This document shows positions 40,350 to 50,374 of a stretch of 64,000 nt of DNA, in pieces. The stretch spans positions 4,849 to 68,848 of the forward strand of contig CAMYVO010000006.1 in the NCBI GenBank assembly GCA_947302485.1, in the 5' to 3' direction. A program made the translations under genes and the position numbers. The DNA is from an uncultured Clostridium sp. GTDB lineage: Bacteria; Bacillota; Clostridia; TANB77; CAG-508. Position 1 is the first letter of the stretch. Each line of letters starts with the position of its first letter. Below the pieces are notes generated by a model, which saw only the letters and a program-made list of their open reading frames with translations, was not told the origin of the DNA and searched no databases.

Positions 40350-42971
40350 ATAAAAAAAGATAATATTACAGAAAAACAAAAAGAAGTAGAAAATTTTTTA
40401 AGAGAAAATAGCACTATAAAAATAAATGAATTATTTGAAAAATTACGAACCTCCTATGAAGGAATTAGTATTGTAGAAACCTATGATAGAATTGATCAAT
40501 ATGGTAAAAATACCATAGAAATAAAAAATAATAATAATTTACTGCATAAAATCAAAGAAACAATAATAAATCCTTTTAATATTGTTCTAATTGTTGTTGC
40601 AAGTATAACTTTACTTACAGATGTAATATTTGCTACTAACAAAGATTATTCAACTTTTCTCTTAATATTGGGTACAATAATTATTTCTGCAATTATATCA
40701 CTTAAGGAGCAAACAAAATCTGATAATGCAGCAAAAAAACTTCAGAAAATGATTTCTAATAAAATGGAAGTAATTAGAGGTAATATGCAATCAACAATTG
40801 ATATTGAGAATATTGTTCCAGGTGATATAGTAAAACTTTCTTCTGGAGATATGATTCCAGGAGATATAAGGTTTTTAGAAACCAAAGATTTATTTATAGA
40901 TCAGGCATCTTTGACTGGAGAAGCAAACCCTATAGAAAAAAATAGCTACTGTAAAGAAAGTAATGAATATATAACTGATATTTCCAATATTGGATTTATG
41001 GGAACTAATATAATAAGTGGAACAGCAACAGCAGTTGTCCTTTCAACAGGAAATAATACCTATTTTGGAAGTATGGCAAAATCATTATATAGCATAAATG
41101 AAAAAAATAGTTTTGAAAAAGGCATTGATGATATTACAAAAATACTAATTAAATTTATGATGATAATGTTACCAATTATATTAATTATAAATTTATCTAC
41201 CAAAAACGATTTCTTGTCTTCATTATTATTTGCAATAACAATTGCCGTTGGACTAACTCCAGAAATGCTACCTGTTATTATGACATCCACCCTTGCTAAA
41301 GGTGCTGTAGAAATGTCAAAAAAGAAAACCATTGTAAAAAGATTAAGCGCTATTCAAACCTTTGGGCAAATGAATATATTATGCACAGATAAAACTGGAA
41401 CCTTAACCAAAGATGAAGTAGTCTTAGAAAAATATATGGATGTTTTAGGAAATGAAAGTTTACGAATTTTAAGACATGCATTTTTAAATAGTTATTTTCA
41501 AACTGGTTTAAAAAATTTAATTGATGTTGCTATAATTTCAAGAGCTGAAAAAGAAAATTTAAATATACTAAAAGAAAAATATAAAAGAGAAGATGAAATA
41601 CCTTTTGATTTTTCTAGAAGAAGAATGAGTGTGGTTTTAAAAGATGATAATGGTAAACGCCAATTAATAACTAAAGGTGCTGTAGATGAAATAATATCTA
41701 TTTGTTCGTATGTTGACATAGATGGAAAAATTAAAGAACTTACAGATAATTTAAGAAAAAAAATATACTCTGTTTATGAAAAAAATAATACCGATGGTTT
41801 AAGAATACTTGCTATAGCACAAAAAAATGACATACATGATATAGAAACATTTGGAGTAAAAAATGAAAGTAACATGGTTTTAATAGGATTTGTTGGATTT
41901 TTAGATCCTCCAAAAGAAACAGCAAAAAATGCAATAGCAGCTTTAAAATCACATGGTATAGATACCGTAGTTTTAACAGGAGATAGTGAAGGTGTTGCTT
42001 TAAATGTTTGCAAAAAAGTTGGTATAGAAGTAACTAATAGACTAACAGGAAAACAAATCGAAAAACTTACCGATGAAGAATTAAAAATAAAAGTGAAAAA
42101 TTGTCATCTATATTCAAAATTATCACCGCTTCAAAAACAAAGAATTGTTAGAATATATCAAGAACTTTGTAACACTGTAGGATATATGGGAGATGGTATA
42201 AACGATAGCCCTCCTTTAAAACAGGCAGATGTAGGAATATCTGTTGATACAGCTGTTGATATTGCAAAAGAAACTGCGGATATTATTTTATTAGAAAAAG
42301 ATTTGAATGTTTTAGAAGAAGGTGTTATAAATGGAAGAAAAACATTTATAAATCTTCTAAAATATATAAAAATGGCTACTAGTGGAAACTTTGGAAACAC
42401 GTTATCTGTTGTTATTGCTAGTATTTTTATCCCATTCCTACCAATGCTCCCTGTTCATATACTAATACAAAATTTACTAAATGATTTTGCTCAAATTGGA
42501 ATGCCTTTTGATAATGTTGATAAAGATTATTTAAAAAATCCAAAGTCATGGAATACCAGTGGTATAAAAAAATTTATGTTCGTATTTGGAATAATTAGTA
42601 CTATATTAGATATCTTATGTTTTATAATTTTATGGTTTATATTAAAATTTAATAGTATAGAAAAAGCTCTATTATTTCAAAGTGGATGGTTTGTTTTTGG
42701 TATTCTATCGCAAACACTAATTATTCATATGATTAGAACAAGCAAAGTTCCATTAATTGAAAGTAAATCTTCTAAGCAACTATTAATTTCAACTTTTACT
42801 ATTGTAATTATTACATTAATAATCTCATTTACAAATATTTCTTCGATATTTGATTTGTATAAATTACCATATAATTACTTAGCATGGGTCGTACTTTTAT
42901 TAATAATATACATTTTCTTTATTCAGATATATAAAAAAGTCTATATAAAAAGATATAAAGAATGGCTATAA
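40350..42971 (+). CDS. mgtA: Magnesium-translocating P-type ATPase MgtA (start codon unclear)
   Basis: DKTGTLT phosphorylation site, GDGINDSP and the typical MgtA N-terminus (...YGKNTIE...). The frame is open and homologous from 40350, but the first canonical start in frame is TTG 40668. AGGAGG at 40335..40340 sits 9 nt before ATA 40350. Confidence 0.85.
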   Translation: MKKDNITEKQKEVENFLRENSTIKINELFEKLRTSYEGISIVETYDRIDQYGKNTIEIKNNNNLLHKIKETIINPFNIVLIVVASITLLTDVIFATNKDYSTFLLILGTIIISAIISLKEQTKSDNAAKKLQKMISNKMEVIRGNMQSTIDIENIVPGDIVKLSSGDMIPGDIRFLETKDLFIDQASLTGEANPIEKNSYCKESNEYITDISNIGFMGTNIISGTATAVVLSTGNNTYFGSMAKSLYSINEKNSFEKGIDDITKILIKFMMIMLPIILIINLSTKNDFLSSLLFAITIAVGLTPEMLPVIMTSTLAKGAVEMSKKKTIVKRLSAIQTFGQMNILCTDKTGTLTKDEVVLEKYMDVLGNESLRILRHAFLNSYFQTGLKNLIDVAIISRAEKENLNILKEKYKREDEIPFDFSRRRMSVVLKDDNGKRQLITKGAVDEIISICSYVDIDGKIKELTDNLRKKIYSVYEKNNTDGLRILAIAQKNDIHDIETFGVKNESNMVLIGFVGFLDPPKETAKNAIAALKSHGIDTVVLTGDSEGVALNVCKKVGIEVTNRLTGKQIEKLTDEELKIKVKNCHLYSKLSPLQKQRIVRIYQELCNTVGYMGDGINDSPPLKQADVGISVDTAVDIAKETADIILLEKDLNVLEEGVINGRKTFINLLKYIKMATSGNFGNTLSVVIASIFIPFLPMLPVHILIQNLLNDFAQIGMPFDNVDKDYLKNPKSWNTSGIKKFMFVFGIISTILDILCFIILWFILKFNSIEKALLFQSGWFVFGILSQTLIIHMIRTSKVPLIESKSSKQLLISTFTIVIITLIISFTNISSIFDLYKLPYNYLAWVVLLLIIYIFFIQIYKKVYIKRYKEWL

Positions 42972-42998
42972 TGATGGAATAAATTGATTTACATTTAT

Positions 42999-43037
42999 AA
43001 TAAAGTGGATGTAATATTATTTTACATCCACTTTATT
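42999..43037. terminator. Bidirectional terminator between mgtA (+) and the carboxypeptidase gene (-)
   Basis: 16-bp perfect arms aataaagtggatgtaa / ttacatccactttatt. Confidence 0.75.
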
Positions 43038-43045
43038 CTTATTAA

Positions 43046-44305
43046 TTAATCACTTCTTATTGCCTTTTCGATAAATTTACTATATCCAGTAATTAATTCA
43101 TTAAAATAATCTTGAATTTCTTTTTTATTTATACTCTCACTTGCATTGATTTTAACAGTTAATAATTCATTGTTATTAACTAAAATTTTTAGTTCCCCCA
43201 CTTCCTTACCAAAATAAATTGGTGCTTCTATTTCTTCTAATATTTTTATCTGCACATTAATATCTTTAACCTCTTTTTTATTAATAGGATAGTTATTTAA
43301 ATTAGTAGCATCTAAATTATATTCTAAACTTTCTTTTTTTCCTTTTATAACGTTTATGCAATTATTTGTTTTAAAATCTTCAAATTCTTTGCCAGCTATT
43401 TTATTTAAATCTATCATTTCAAAATTTGCAAATGCATATTCTATTAATTTAGTACTGTCAGACGTTCTGTATTTTTTAGTATCTGCTCCTAAAACTACAC
43501 AAATAATATCCATATCTCCTCTTTTAGTTGAACTTACTAAACATCTATTAGCTCCATTTGTAAATCCTGTTTTAACTCCATATACTCCATTTAAATTCCC
43601 TAATAATTCATTTGTGTTTAATATGTTTTTAGGCACTCCATTAATATATATAGTATAATTCTTAGTTCCTACTATACTCTTAAACTCCTTTATATTTAAA
43701 GCATAATCTGTTATTTTTGCAAGTTCAAAAGCAGTTGTATAATGATTATCCGCATCTAATCCATGAGGAGTTACAAAACTAGTATTTTCAAGTCCTAATT
43801 CTTTAGCTTTTTTATTCATCAAATCTGCAAATTCATCTGCACTTCCTCCTATATATTCAGCAAGTGCAATCGCTGCATCATTTCCTGAACATAACATTAA
43901 TCCATATAATAAATCTTTAACAGTTATCTTATCTCCAGTTCTTAAACCTAGCCTTGATCCACCAATTCCTGCTGCCTTTTTAGATATCTCTACTTCATCA
44001 GATAGATTTGAATTTTCCAATACTACCATAGCTGTCATAATTTTAGTCGTGGATGCCATAGGTCTTTTTATATTTTCATTTTTTCCATATAATACCACTT
44101 TAGAGTTCCTATCATATATAATAGCAGCTCTTGAGTTAAGATTTGGTATTTTAATTGGTTCTGCCGATATATTTTCCAATTCTTCAGTAATAAATCCGCT
44201 GTTAAATTCATCTATTTCTTCATCTAATATATCATCTGCATAATTAAAATTTGAATTAAATATATTTAAAAATATTATAAAAACTATTATTATAATTTTT
44301 TTCAT
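43046..44305 (-). CDS. D-alanyl-D-alanine carboxypeptidase (S11 family, DacB/DacF-like)
   Basis: Signal peptide plus ASTTK (SxxK), SGN and KTG motifs, and a C-terminal beta-sandwich domain. Confidence 0.86.
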   Translation of the reverse strand: MKKIIIIVFIIFLNIFNSNFNYADDILDEEIDEFNSGFITEELENISAEPIKIPNLNSRAAIIYDRNSKVVLYGKNENIKRPMASTTKIMTAMVVLENSNLSDEVEISKKAAGIGGSRLGLRTGDKITVKDLLYGLMLCSGNDAAIALAEYIGGSADEFADLMNKKAKELGLENTSFVTPHGLDADNHYTTAFELAKITDYALNIKEFKSIVGTKNYTIYINGVPKNILNTNELLGNLNGVYGVKTGFTNGANRCLVSSTKRGDMDIICVVLGADTKKYRTSDSTKLIEYAFANFEMIDLNKIAGKEFEDFKTNNCINVIKGKKESLEYNLDATNLNNYPINKKEVKDINVQIKILEEIEAPIYFGKEVGELKILVNNNELLTVKINASESINKKEIQDYFNELITGYSKFIEKAIRSD

Positions 44306-44358
44306 AATAAAATCACCTTATAAATTATATTTTTATAAGATGATTTTTATACTTCATT

Positions 44359-45549
44359 CTATCTCTCTGATATTTTTTCATCTTCTGTTATACTTCTATT
44401 TAGTACGTCATTTACTCTATTAATATTCAAATTTAAAACACTAACTATAGTTTCTCTTTTAAATCCTTTTTTATTTAATTCTATTATTTTTTTATCAATC
44501 TCTTGTTCATAATTAACTATATCTATTACATTTCCTGTTAATATCCTTAGTGTGCTTGCTATTTCTCCATAACTCATACCCTTTTGATGATATTTCATTA
44601 CTTTGTATCTTACTTCTTTTCTTTCAATTTCTTTTATTATATTAACTAAAAACATATTGTATGTTTCATCATCATAAATACTTCTTGCAAATGCTTTAGC
44701 TTCTTCAAATTTATTCAGCTGTAAGAATATTTCTACAACAGCTTCAACATCAACTCTATTTTTTTTAATAGTGTTTTTTGCTTTCATAGCTCTTACTATT
44801 TTTTTGAATTTATCCGGATCATATCCCTTTCCTGTTACTATATCTTGTCTTATTCTATATAGTGCATCATATTGCATATTACTTTCTAAAAATCTATCTG
44901 AATCTAAATCATATTTTAATTCTTTTTTAAATACAATATTAATTTTTTCTTTTAATTTAGTTGGTACTGGAGTATCATTTTTATCTTGGATTTTTTCTTC
45001 ATCTTGCTGTATTTTCCTTCTATATCCTAGTAATACTATTATATTTGCCCCATCATTTTTACATTTGTAATAATAATGCCTACTTACTCCCAAAACATCA
45101 TTTGCAAATCCAATTTCACTCATATTTTTTCCTAAAGCACTATATAAATATGAAAACTCTGCATAATTAATACTTTTTCCTGCATAACCAGCATCTATAA
45201 GTCTTTTTATTATTTGTTTTCTCTCTATATCAATCCTTTTTTCTATGATAGCTTTTCGTTTTTCTCTTTCAGCTTTTCTATCTATTGATTTATTAATTAC
45301 TCTATCTATTTCGTCTTTGGTATCTGATGAATTATTTACTGCTTTTTTGTATCTTTCCTTAGATTTTCCTATGTACTCATCTTCTCCTCTTTTTCTTATT
45401 TCTCTCATTATGTATTGTAGATTATTCTCTCTAATCCTTTCTACTTGTTCTACTGAAATATTTCTTTCATCTGCAATTAACTCAGAACCAATACCATTAA
45501 TTAACATTCTTATAACAAATTTTTCTTGTAAATCTTGATCCATTTTCAT
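44359..45549 (-). CDS. Hypothetical multi-HTH protein (tandem paralogue A)
   Basis: 396 aa. N-terminal sigma-region-4-like HTH (IADERNISVEQVERI) and two C-terminal HTH-like modules. Collinear with the neighbouring gene. Confidence 0.45.
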   Translation of the reverse strand: MKMDQDLQEKFVIRMLINGIGSELIADERNISVEQVERIRENNLQYIMREIRKRGEDEYIGKSKERYKKAVNNSSDTKDEIDRVINKSIDRKAEREKRKAIIEKRIDIERKQIIKRLIDAGYAGKSINYAEFSYLYSALGKNMSEIGFANDVLGVSRHYYYKCKNDGANIIVLLGYRRKIQQDEEKIQDKNDTPVPTKLKEKINIVFKKELKYDLDSDRFLESNMQYDALYRIRQDIVTGKGYDPDKFKKIVRAMKAKNTIKKNRVDVEAVVEIFLQLNKFEEAKAFARSIYDDETYNMFLVNIIKEIERKEVRYKVMKYHQKGMSYGEIASTLRILTGNVIDIVNYEQEIDKKIIELNKKGFKRETIVSVLNLNINRVNDVLNRSITEDEKISER

Positions 45550-45586
45550 TCATCTCCGTATAATAATATTTTTATTATTTATTCAT

Positions 45587-46735
45587 TTATCTTTCTTCTG
45601 GTCCATCTGAATATGTTCTATTCGGATTATTATTTTCTGATACTCTACTAGATAATGCATCTCTAATTCTATGAATATTTACATTTAATCTATTCACAAT
45701 CATCTCTGTGTTTATTCCACTATTATGTAATTGTATTATTATTTCATCTAATCTTTCTTGCGTTTTAATTATTCTTGTTACTTCTTCAATAGTAATATTC
45801 CACTCTTTAGAAATATCTTCAACTTTCATTCCCTTTCTGTATACTAACATAACATTATATATTTTTTCTTGATTTTCTATAATTCTTAACAATGACTCTG
45901 CCTGATCTTTATATTCTTCTTCATACATTTCATCTACAAATTGCTTAGCTTTTCCATAGTCGTTTAATTGTATATATACATCTACAATAGCTTCTATAGA
46001 TGTTCTATTCTTTTCAATAATATTATCAAGTTTAGTATCATTTATTATTCTTTCCAATTCATCTTCATCATACTTTATACCCATCGCAATATTTTGTCTT
46101 ATTTCATATAATATAGCATTACTCATTGTGCTATATACTAAATTATTTTCCTCAAAATCATCTTCTTGTGTAGTTCTATCTTGCATTTCATAACTTGGTA
46201 TAGAAGTTAATATATTAGTATTTTCAGGCTCCATTGATTTTTTTTCAACTTTTCTGTCAAATTTGAATTTTTTAGTTAAATTTGTTGATGATGCTTTTCT
46301 TTTAGGTTTATATAGTCCAAGTATAGTAATCTTACTATTATGCAATTTACATCTATGAAATTGATTATTATCTACTCCAAGGATAGCTATAGCAAATTTT
46401 GTTTCACTCATATTATCCCCATATTCTTCATATAGTTTTTTAAATTTATCGTAATCTATTTCTCTACCAACATATCCTAAATCAATTAATTTATTTATTA
46501 TATTTATATTTCTCTCTTTATCACTATCTTTCCATGAACTCTGAGAATGTTCCTTTGTACTTTCTTTTATCTTTCTATTTCTTTCTGACCTAATAAAATC
46601 TTTATTCCTTCTTTTTATATCTCTTACATCTTGTAGACTAATTCCTCTATCATCAGCTATTATTTCATCTCTTACACCATTTATCATCATTTTTAAAATA
46701 AATTTTTCCTGTATTTCATTCATATATAACTTCAC
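45587..46735 (-). CDS. Hypothetical multi-HTH protein (tandem paralogue B)
   Basis: 382 aa, same architecture as 44359..45549 (IADDRGISLQDVRDI; MKVEDISKEWNITIEEVTRI; INTEMIVNRLNVNIHRIRDAL). Confidence 0.45.
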   Translation of the reverse strand: MKLYMNEIQEKFILKMMINGVRDEIIADDRGISLQDVRDIKRRNKDFIRSERNRKIKESTKEHSQSSWKDSDKERNINIINKLIDLGYVGREIDYDKFKKLYEEYGDNMSETKFAIAILGVDNNQFHRCKLHNSKITILGLYKPKRKASSTNLTKKFKFDRKVEKKSMEPENTNILTSIPSYEMQDRTTQEDDFEENNLVYSTMSNAILYEIRQNIAMGIKYDEDELERIINDTKLDNIIEKNRTSIEAIVDVYIQLNDYGKAKQFVDEMYEEEYKDQAESLLRIIENQEKIYNVMLVYRKGMKVEDISKEWNITIEEVTRIIKTQERLDEIIIQLHNSGINTEMIVNRLNVNIHRIRDALSSRVSENNNPNRTYSDGPEER

Positions 46736-46747
46736 CTATTACTTTTT

Positions 46748-49351
46748 TTATTTACCATAATATGCATCTAAAAGTATTTGTTTTAATTCGCTTACAAGTG
46801 GCATTCTTGGATTTGCTGTTGTGCATTGATCTTCAAATGCTCTGTCAGCAAGCACATCTACCTTGTTTAAAAAATCCTCTTCATTAATTCCAGCTTCTTT
46901 AAATGAACTTGGAATCTCTAAATCTCTATTTAACTTTTTAATTTCCTCTATTAAAGAATTAATGCCTTCTTCATTTGTATAAGCTGGGAAATTCATTCTT
47001 CTTGATATATCTGCATACTTTTTGTCTGCAATAAAATATTCATATTTAGGGAAAGAAACAAATTTAGTTGGTACCTGAGCATTATATCTAATTACATATG
47101 GAAGTAAAATTGCATTTAATCTACCATGCGCCATATGGAATTCTGCCCCTAATTTATGAGCTAGAGAATGATTTATTCCTAAAAATGCATTTGTAAACGC
47201 CATACCTGCAATAGTACTTGCATTATGCATTTTTTCTCTTGCAAATTTATTATCTGGATTGTTATAGCATTCTCTCAAATTCTCAAATACAAGCTGTATT
47301 GCCTTTTCTGCTAAAGCATCTGTAAAGTCTGATGCCATATTAGAAACATATGCTTCTATTGCATGTGTTAAAACATCCATACCTGTATCTGCTGTAATTC
47401 TTTTTGGAAGACTCATTACTAAATCAGGATCTATGATAGCAACATCTGGTGTTAGTTCATAATCAGCAAGTGGATATTTTTTCTCATTTTCTTTATCAGT
47501 AATAACTGCAAAAGAAGTTACCTCAGATCCAGTTCCAGAAGTAGTTGGAATAGCCACCATCTTTGCTTTCTGGCCAAGTTTTGGAAATTTATATGTTCTT
47601 TTTCTAATATCCATAAATTTTAATTTTAATCCTTCGACATCTGCATCTGGATGTTCATAAAATAGCCACATTCCCTTTGCAGCATCAATTGGGCTACCAC
47701 CACCAAGCGCTATAATTATATCTGGTTTAAATCTATTCATTGCTTCTAATCCTTTATTTATTGTATCAAAAGACGGATCAGATTCAACATCTGAAAATAT
47801 CTCAGAATGTACATACTTTTCTCTTTTTCTTAAATGATATAAAATTTTATCTACATATCCAAATTTAACCATAGATTCATCTGTAACAATAAATGCTCTA
47901 GTTATATCAGGCATCTTTTCTAAATATTGTATTGAGCCTGCTTCAAAATATATTTTTTCAGGAACTTTAAACCATTGCATATTAACCCTCCTCTTTGCAA
48001 CTTTTTTTATATTAATAAGGTTAACTGAAGATACATTTGCTGTTGTTGAATTACCACCAAAAGTACCACAACCAAGTGTAAGAGATGGCATATTTGTATT
48101 ATATATGTCTCCAATTGCACCGTGAGTTGATGGTGAATTTACAATAATTCTTCCTGCCTTTATAACTTTTGAGAACTTTAATATAGTATTTTGATCTTCA
48201 GAGTGAATAACAGCAGAATGTCCTAATCCACCAAATTCAATTATTTTCTCTGCAAGTTCTATTCCTTCATCGGAATTATTTACCACGTAATATGCAAGAA
48301 CTGGACTTAATTTTTCTTTAGAAAGAGGGAAATCCACTCCAACACCCATTTCTTTTACAACTAATACTTTTGTGTTTTCTGGTACATTTATTCCTGCACG
48401 CTTCGCAATGTTATATGGACTTTTCCCAACAATATCAGCATTTAAAGCACAACCTTTTTCTTGTATAAACATACTTTGAAGTAACTTTTCTTTTTCTTCA
48501 TCTGTTAGAAAATAACATCCAGCACTTTTCATTAAATCTTCAAACTCACTTTGTATTTCTTTGTCTACAATAACTGCTTGTTCAGATGCACAAATCATAC
48601 CATTATCAAACGATTTAGATAGTACTAAGTCATTTACAGATGTTTTTAACTTTGCTGTTTTATCTATATAGCATGGCACATTTCCTGGTCCAACACCAAG
48701 AGCAGGTTTACCACAAGAATAAGCTGCCTTTACCATGCCAGTTCCACCTGTTGCTAAAATCAAATTAACATATGGATGATTCATTAGCATATTTGTTGCC
48801 GTAACAGATGGCTCTTCAATCCATAAAATACAATTTTCTGGTGCACCAGCTTTGACTGCCGCATCTCTTAATATTTTAGCCGCTTCTACACTGCACTTCT
48901 GTGATGATGGGTGAAATCCAAATACAATTACATTTCTTGTTTTAGCAGCAATAATTGATTTAAACATTGTTGTAGAAGTTGGATTTGTAACTGGTGTTAC
49001 ACCTGCAATAATACCAATTGGTTCTGCAATCTCCTCATATCCTTCTTCTTCGTTTTCAGATATAACACCAACAGTTTTACCATATTTTATACTATGATAT
49101 ACATACTCTGTTGCAAACATATTCTTTATAATCTTATCCTCATAAATACCTCTATTTGTCTCCTCTACTGCCATTTTTGCAAGTTTCATATGATTTTCAA
49201 GTCCGGCCATAGACATTGCTTTAACAATATTATTAACTGTATCTTGATCAAGCTTTAAGTATTCCTCAGATGCCTTTCTTGCTTTTTCTAAAAGATCATC
49301 AATCATATCTTTAATATGAACTTTTTCTTCCTCACTAACTTCATGTACCAT
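46748..49351 (-). CDS. adhE: Bifunctional acetaldehyde-CoA/alcohol dehydrogenase
   Basis: 867 aa. N-terminal aldehyde dehydrogenase domain and C-terminal iron-type alcohol dehydrogenase domain (GGGSPIDAAK, His-rich metal site). Confidence 0.96.
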   Translation of the reverse strand: MVHEVSEEEKVHIKDMIDDLLEKARKASEEYLKLDQDTVNNIVKAMSMAGLENHMKLAKMAVEETNRGIYEDKIIKNMFATEYVYHSIKYGKTVGVISENEEEGYEEIAEPIGIIAGVTPVTNPTSTTMFKSIIAAKTRNVIVFGFHPSSQKCSVEAAKILRDAAVKAGAPENCILWIEEPSVTATNMLMNHPYVNLILATGGTGMVKAAYSCGKPALGVGPGNVPCYIDKTAKLKTSVNDLVLSKSFDNGMICASEQAVIVDKEIQSEFEDLMKSAGCYFLTDEEKEKLLQSMFIQEKGCALNADIVGKSPYNIAKRAGINVPENTKVLVVKEMGVGVDFPLSKEKLSPVLAYYVVNNSDEGIELAEKIIEFGGLGHSAVIHSEDQNTILKFSKVIKAGRIIVNSPSTHGAIGDIYNTNMPSLTLGCGTFGGNSTTANVSSVNLINIKKVAKRRVNMQWFKVPEKIYFEAGSIQYLEKMPDITRAFIVTDESMVKFGYVDKILYHLRKREKYVHSEIFSDVESDPSFDTINKGLEAMNRFKPDIIIALGGGSPIDAAKGMWLFYEHPDADVEGLKLKFMDIRKRTYKFPKLGQKAKMVAIPTTSGTGSEVTSFAVITDKENEKKYPLADYELTPDVAIIDPDLVMSLPKRITADTGMDVLTHAIEAYVSNMASDFTDALAEKAIQLVFENLRECYNNPDNKFAREKMHNASTIAGMAFTNAFLGINHSLAHKLGAEFHMAHGRLNAILLPYVIRYNAQVPTKFVSFPKYEYFIADKKYADISRRMNFPAYTNEEGINSLIEEIKKLNRDLEIPSSFKEAGINEEDFLNKVDVLADRAFEDQCTTANPRMPLVSELKQILLDAYYGK

Positions 49352-49422
49352 AATATTCCTCCTTTACTTTAAAAATAGTTTATCCTTAAATATTATATAA
49401 TATTCCATTTCTTTGTCAATAG

Positions 49423-49451
49423 TTGCCATTGGGGACGGAGCATTTTGGCAA
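49423..49451 (+). repeat. REP-like element (copy 9, forward)
   Basis: ttgccattggggacggagcattttggcaa. First of two tandem copies upstream of the RAYT-like gene. Confidence 0.85.
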
Positions 49452-49453
49452 AT

Positions 49454-49482
49454 TTGCCATTGGGGACGGAGCATTTTGGCAA
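49454..49482 (+). repeat. REP-like element (copy 10, forward)
   Basis: Identical to copy 9, 31-bp period. Confidence 0.85.
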
Positions 49483-49604
49483 ATTTGTAAAATGAAATTT
49501 TTTTTTTACATTTTACAAATTTCGACAAACAATTCTACAAAATATATTATATGATATTTTATATTTAATTCTTTTAATTTTTTTAATCTAAAGGAGGCAA
49601 TTTC

Positions 49605-50372
49605 ATGCCAAGAAATCCAAGAAAATTATTAAATACATCTTTTTATCACATAATGACACAGGGGATTAATAAATATTTTATATTTAACAATTCTACTGAT
49701 ATAAAATACTATATTAAAACTATGTACAAATTACTTAAACAACATAATATAGAAATTATTTCTTACTGTATAATGAATAATCATGCACATATTTTAATAA
49801 AATCTAATAATATTAAAGACTTAAGTAAATATATGCAAAGATTAAATACCATATATGGAATATACTATAATAAAAAATATGATAGGGTAGGATATGTGTT
49901 TCGTGATAGATATAAATCAGAAGGAATATATAGCCAAAGTCATTTATATAATTGCATAAATTATATTTATAATAATCCAGTAAAAGCAAATATCTGCAAA
50001 CATCCCAAAGATTATCCATATTCAAATTATAAAAAAGTAAAAAATTTTAAAAATGATGAATATTCTTTTATAGATACAGATGAGGATATTGAAATTATAA
50101 TTGATTATTTTATAAATAGCTTTTTAAAAAAGCATAATATTTCATTAGATTTATTAAAAAAGGATAATGATTTATTAAAAGAATTGGTTGTTAAATTAAG
50201 GCAAATATATAATATATCATATAGAACAATTTCTAAAAAAATTAATATAAGTAGAGAAACAATTAGAACAATATATAATAAACATAGTAATTTGCCAAAA
50301 TCCTCCGTCCCTAATGGCAAAAATGGCAAAAATGAAGCCACTGATTTAAGATTTAAATCAGTGGCTAGGTAG
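49605..50372 (+). CDS. Y1 HUH transposase of the IS200/IS605 TnpA family, REP-associated (RAYT-like), with C-terminal HTH extension
   Basis: HUH motif NNHAHILI and catalytic Tyr region YIYNNPVKA. HTH-like ISYRTISKKINISRETIRTIY. No tnpB partner. Flanked by inverted REP copies. The last ~27 codons run through REP copy 50292..50320 and a hairpin. Confidence 0.8.
   Translation: MPRNPRKLLNTSFYHIMTQGINKYFIFNNSTDIKYYIKTMYKLLKQHNIEIISYCIMNNHAHILIKSNNIKDLSKYMQRLNTIYGIYYNKKYDRVGYVFRDRYKSEGIYSQSHLYNCINYIYNNPVKANICKHPKDYPYSNYKKVKNFKNDEYSFIDTDEDIEIIIDYFINSFLKKHNISLDLLKKDNDLLKELVVKLRQIYNISYRTISKKINISRETIRTIYNKHSNLPKSSVPNGKNGKNEATDLRFKSVAR
50292..50320 (-). repeat. REP-like element (copy 11, reverse) inside the 3' end of the RAYT-like ORF
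   Basis: ttgccaaaatcctccgtccctaatggcaa. Confidence 0.8.
50336..50366. terminator. Perfect 14-bp hairpin between the convergent RAYT-like and Cys-rich ORFs
   Basis: agccactgatttaa gat ttaaatcagtggct. No clear U-tract, and it overlaps the last RAYT codons. Confidence 0.5.
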
Positions 50373-50374
50373 CA

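Noticed and set aside
49423-49482. Possible CRISPR array (29-nt repeats).
   Set aside because: There are only two tandem copies, separated by 2 nt, with no spacers and no cas genes. The same element is dispersed singly elsewhere.
49481-49522. Canonical Rex operator upstream of adhE.
   Set aside because: The half-sites are only loosely Rex-like, and the spacing (14-nt spacer between 14-nt arms) does not fit the compact 18-20-bp Rex box. It is kept as an unexplained inverted repeat.
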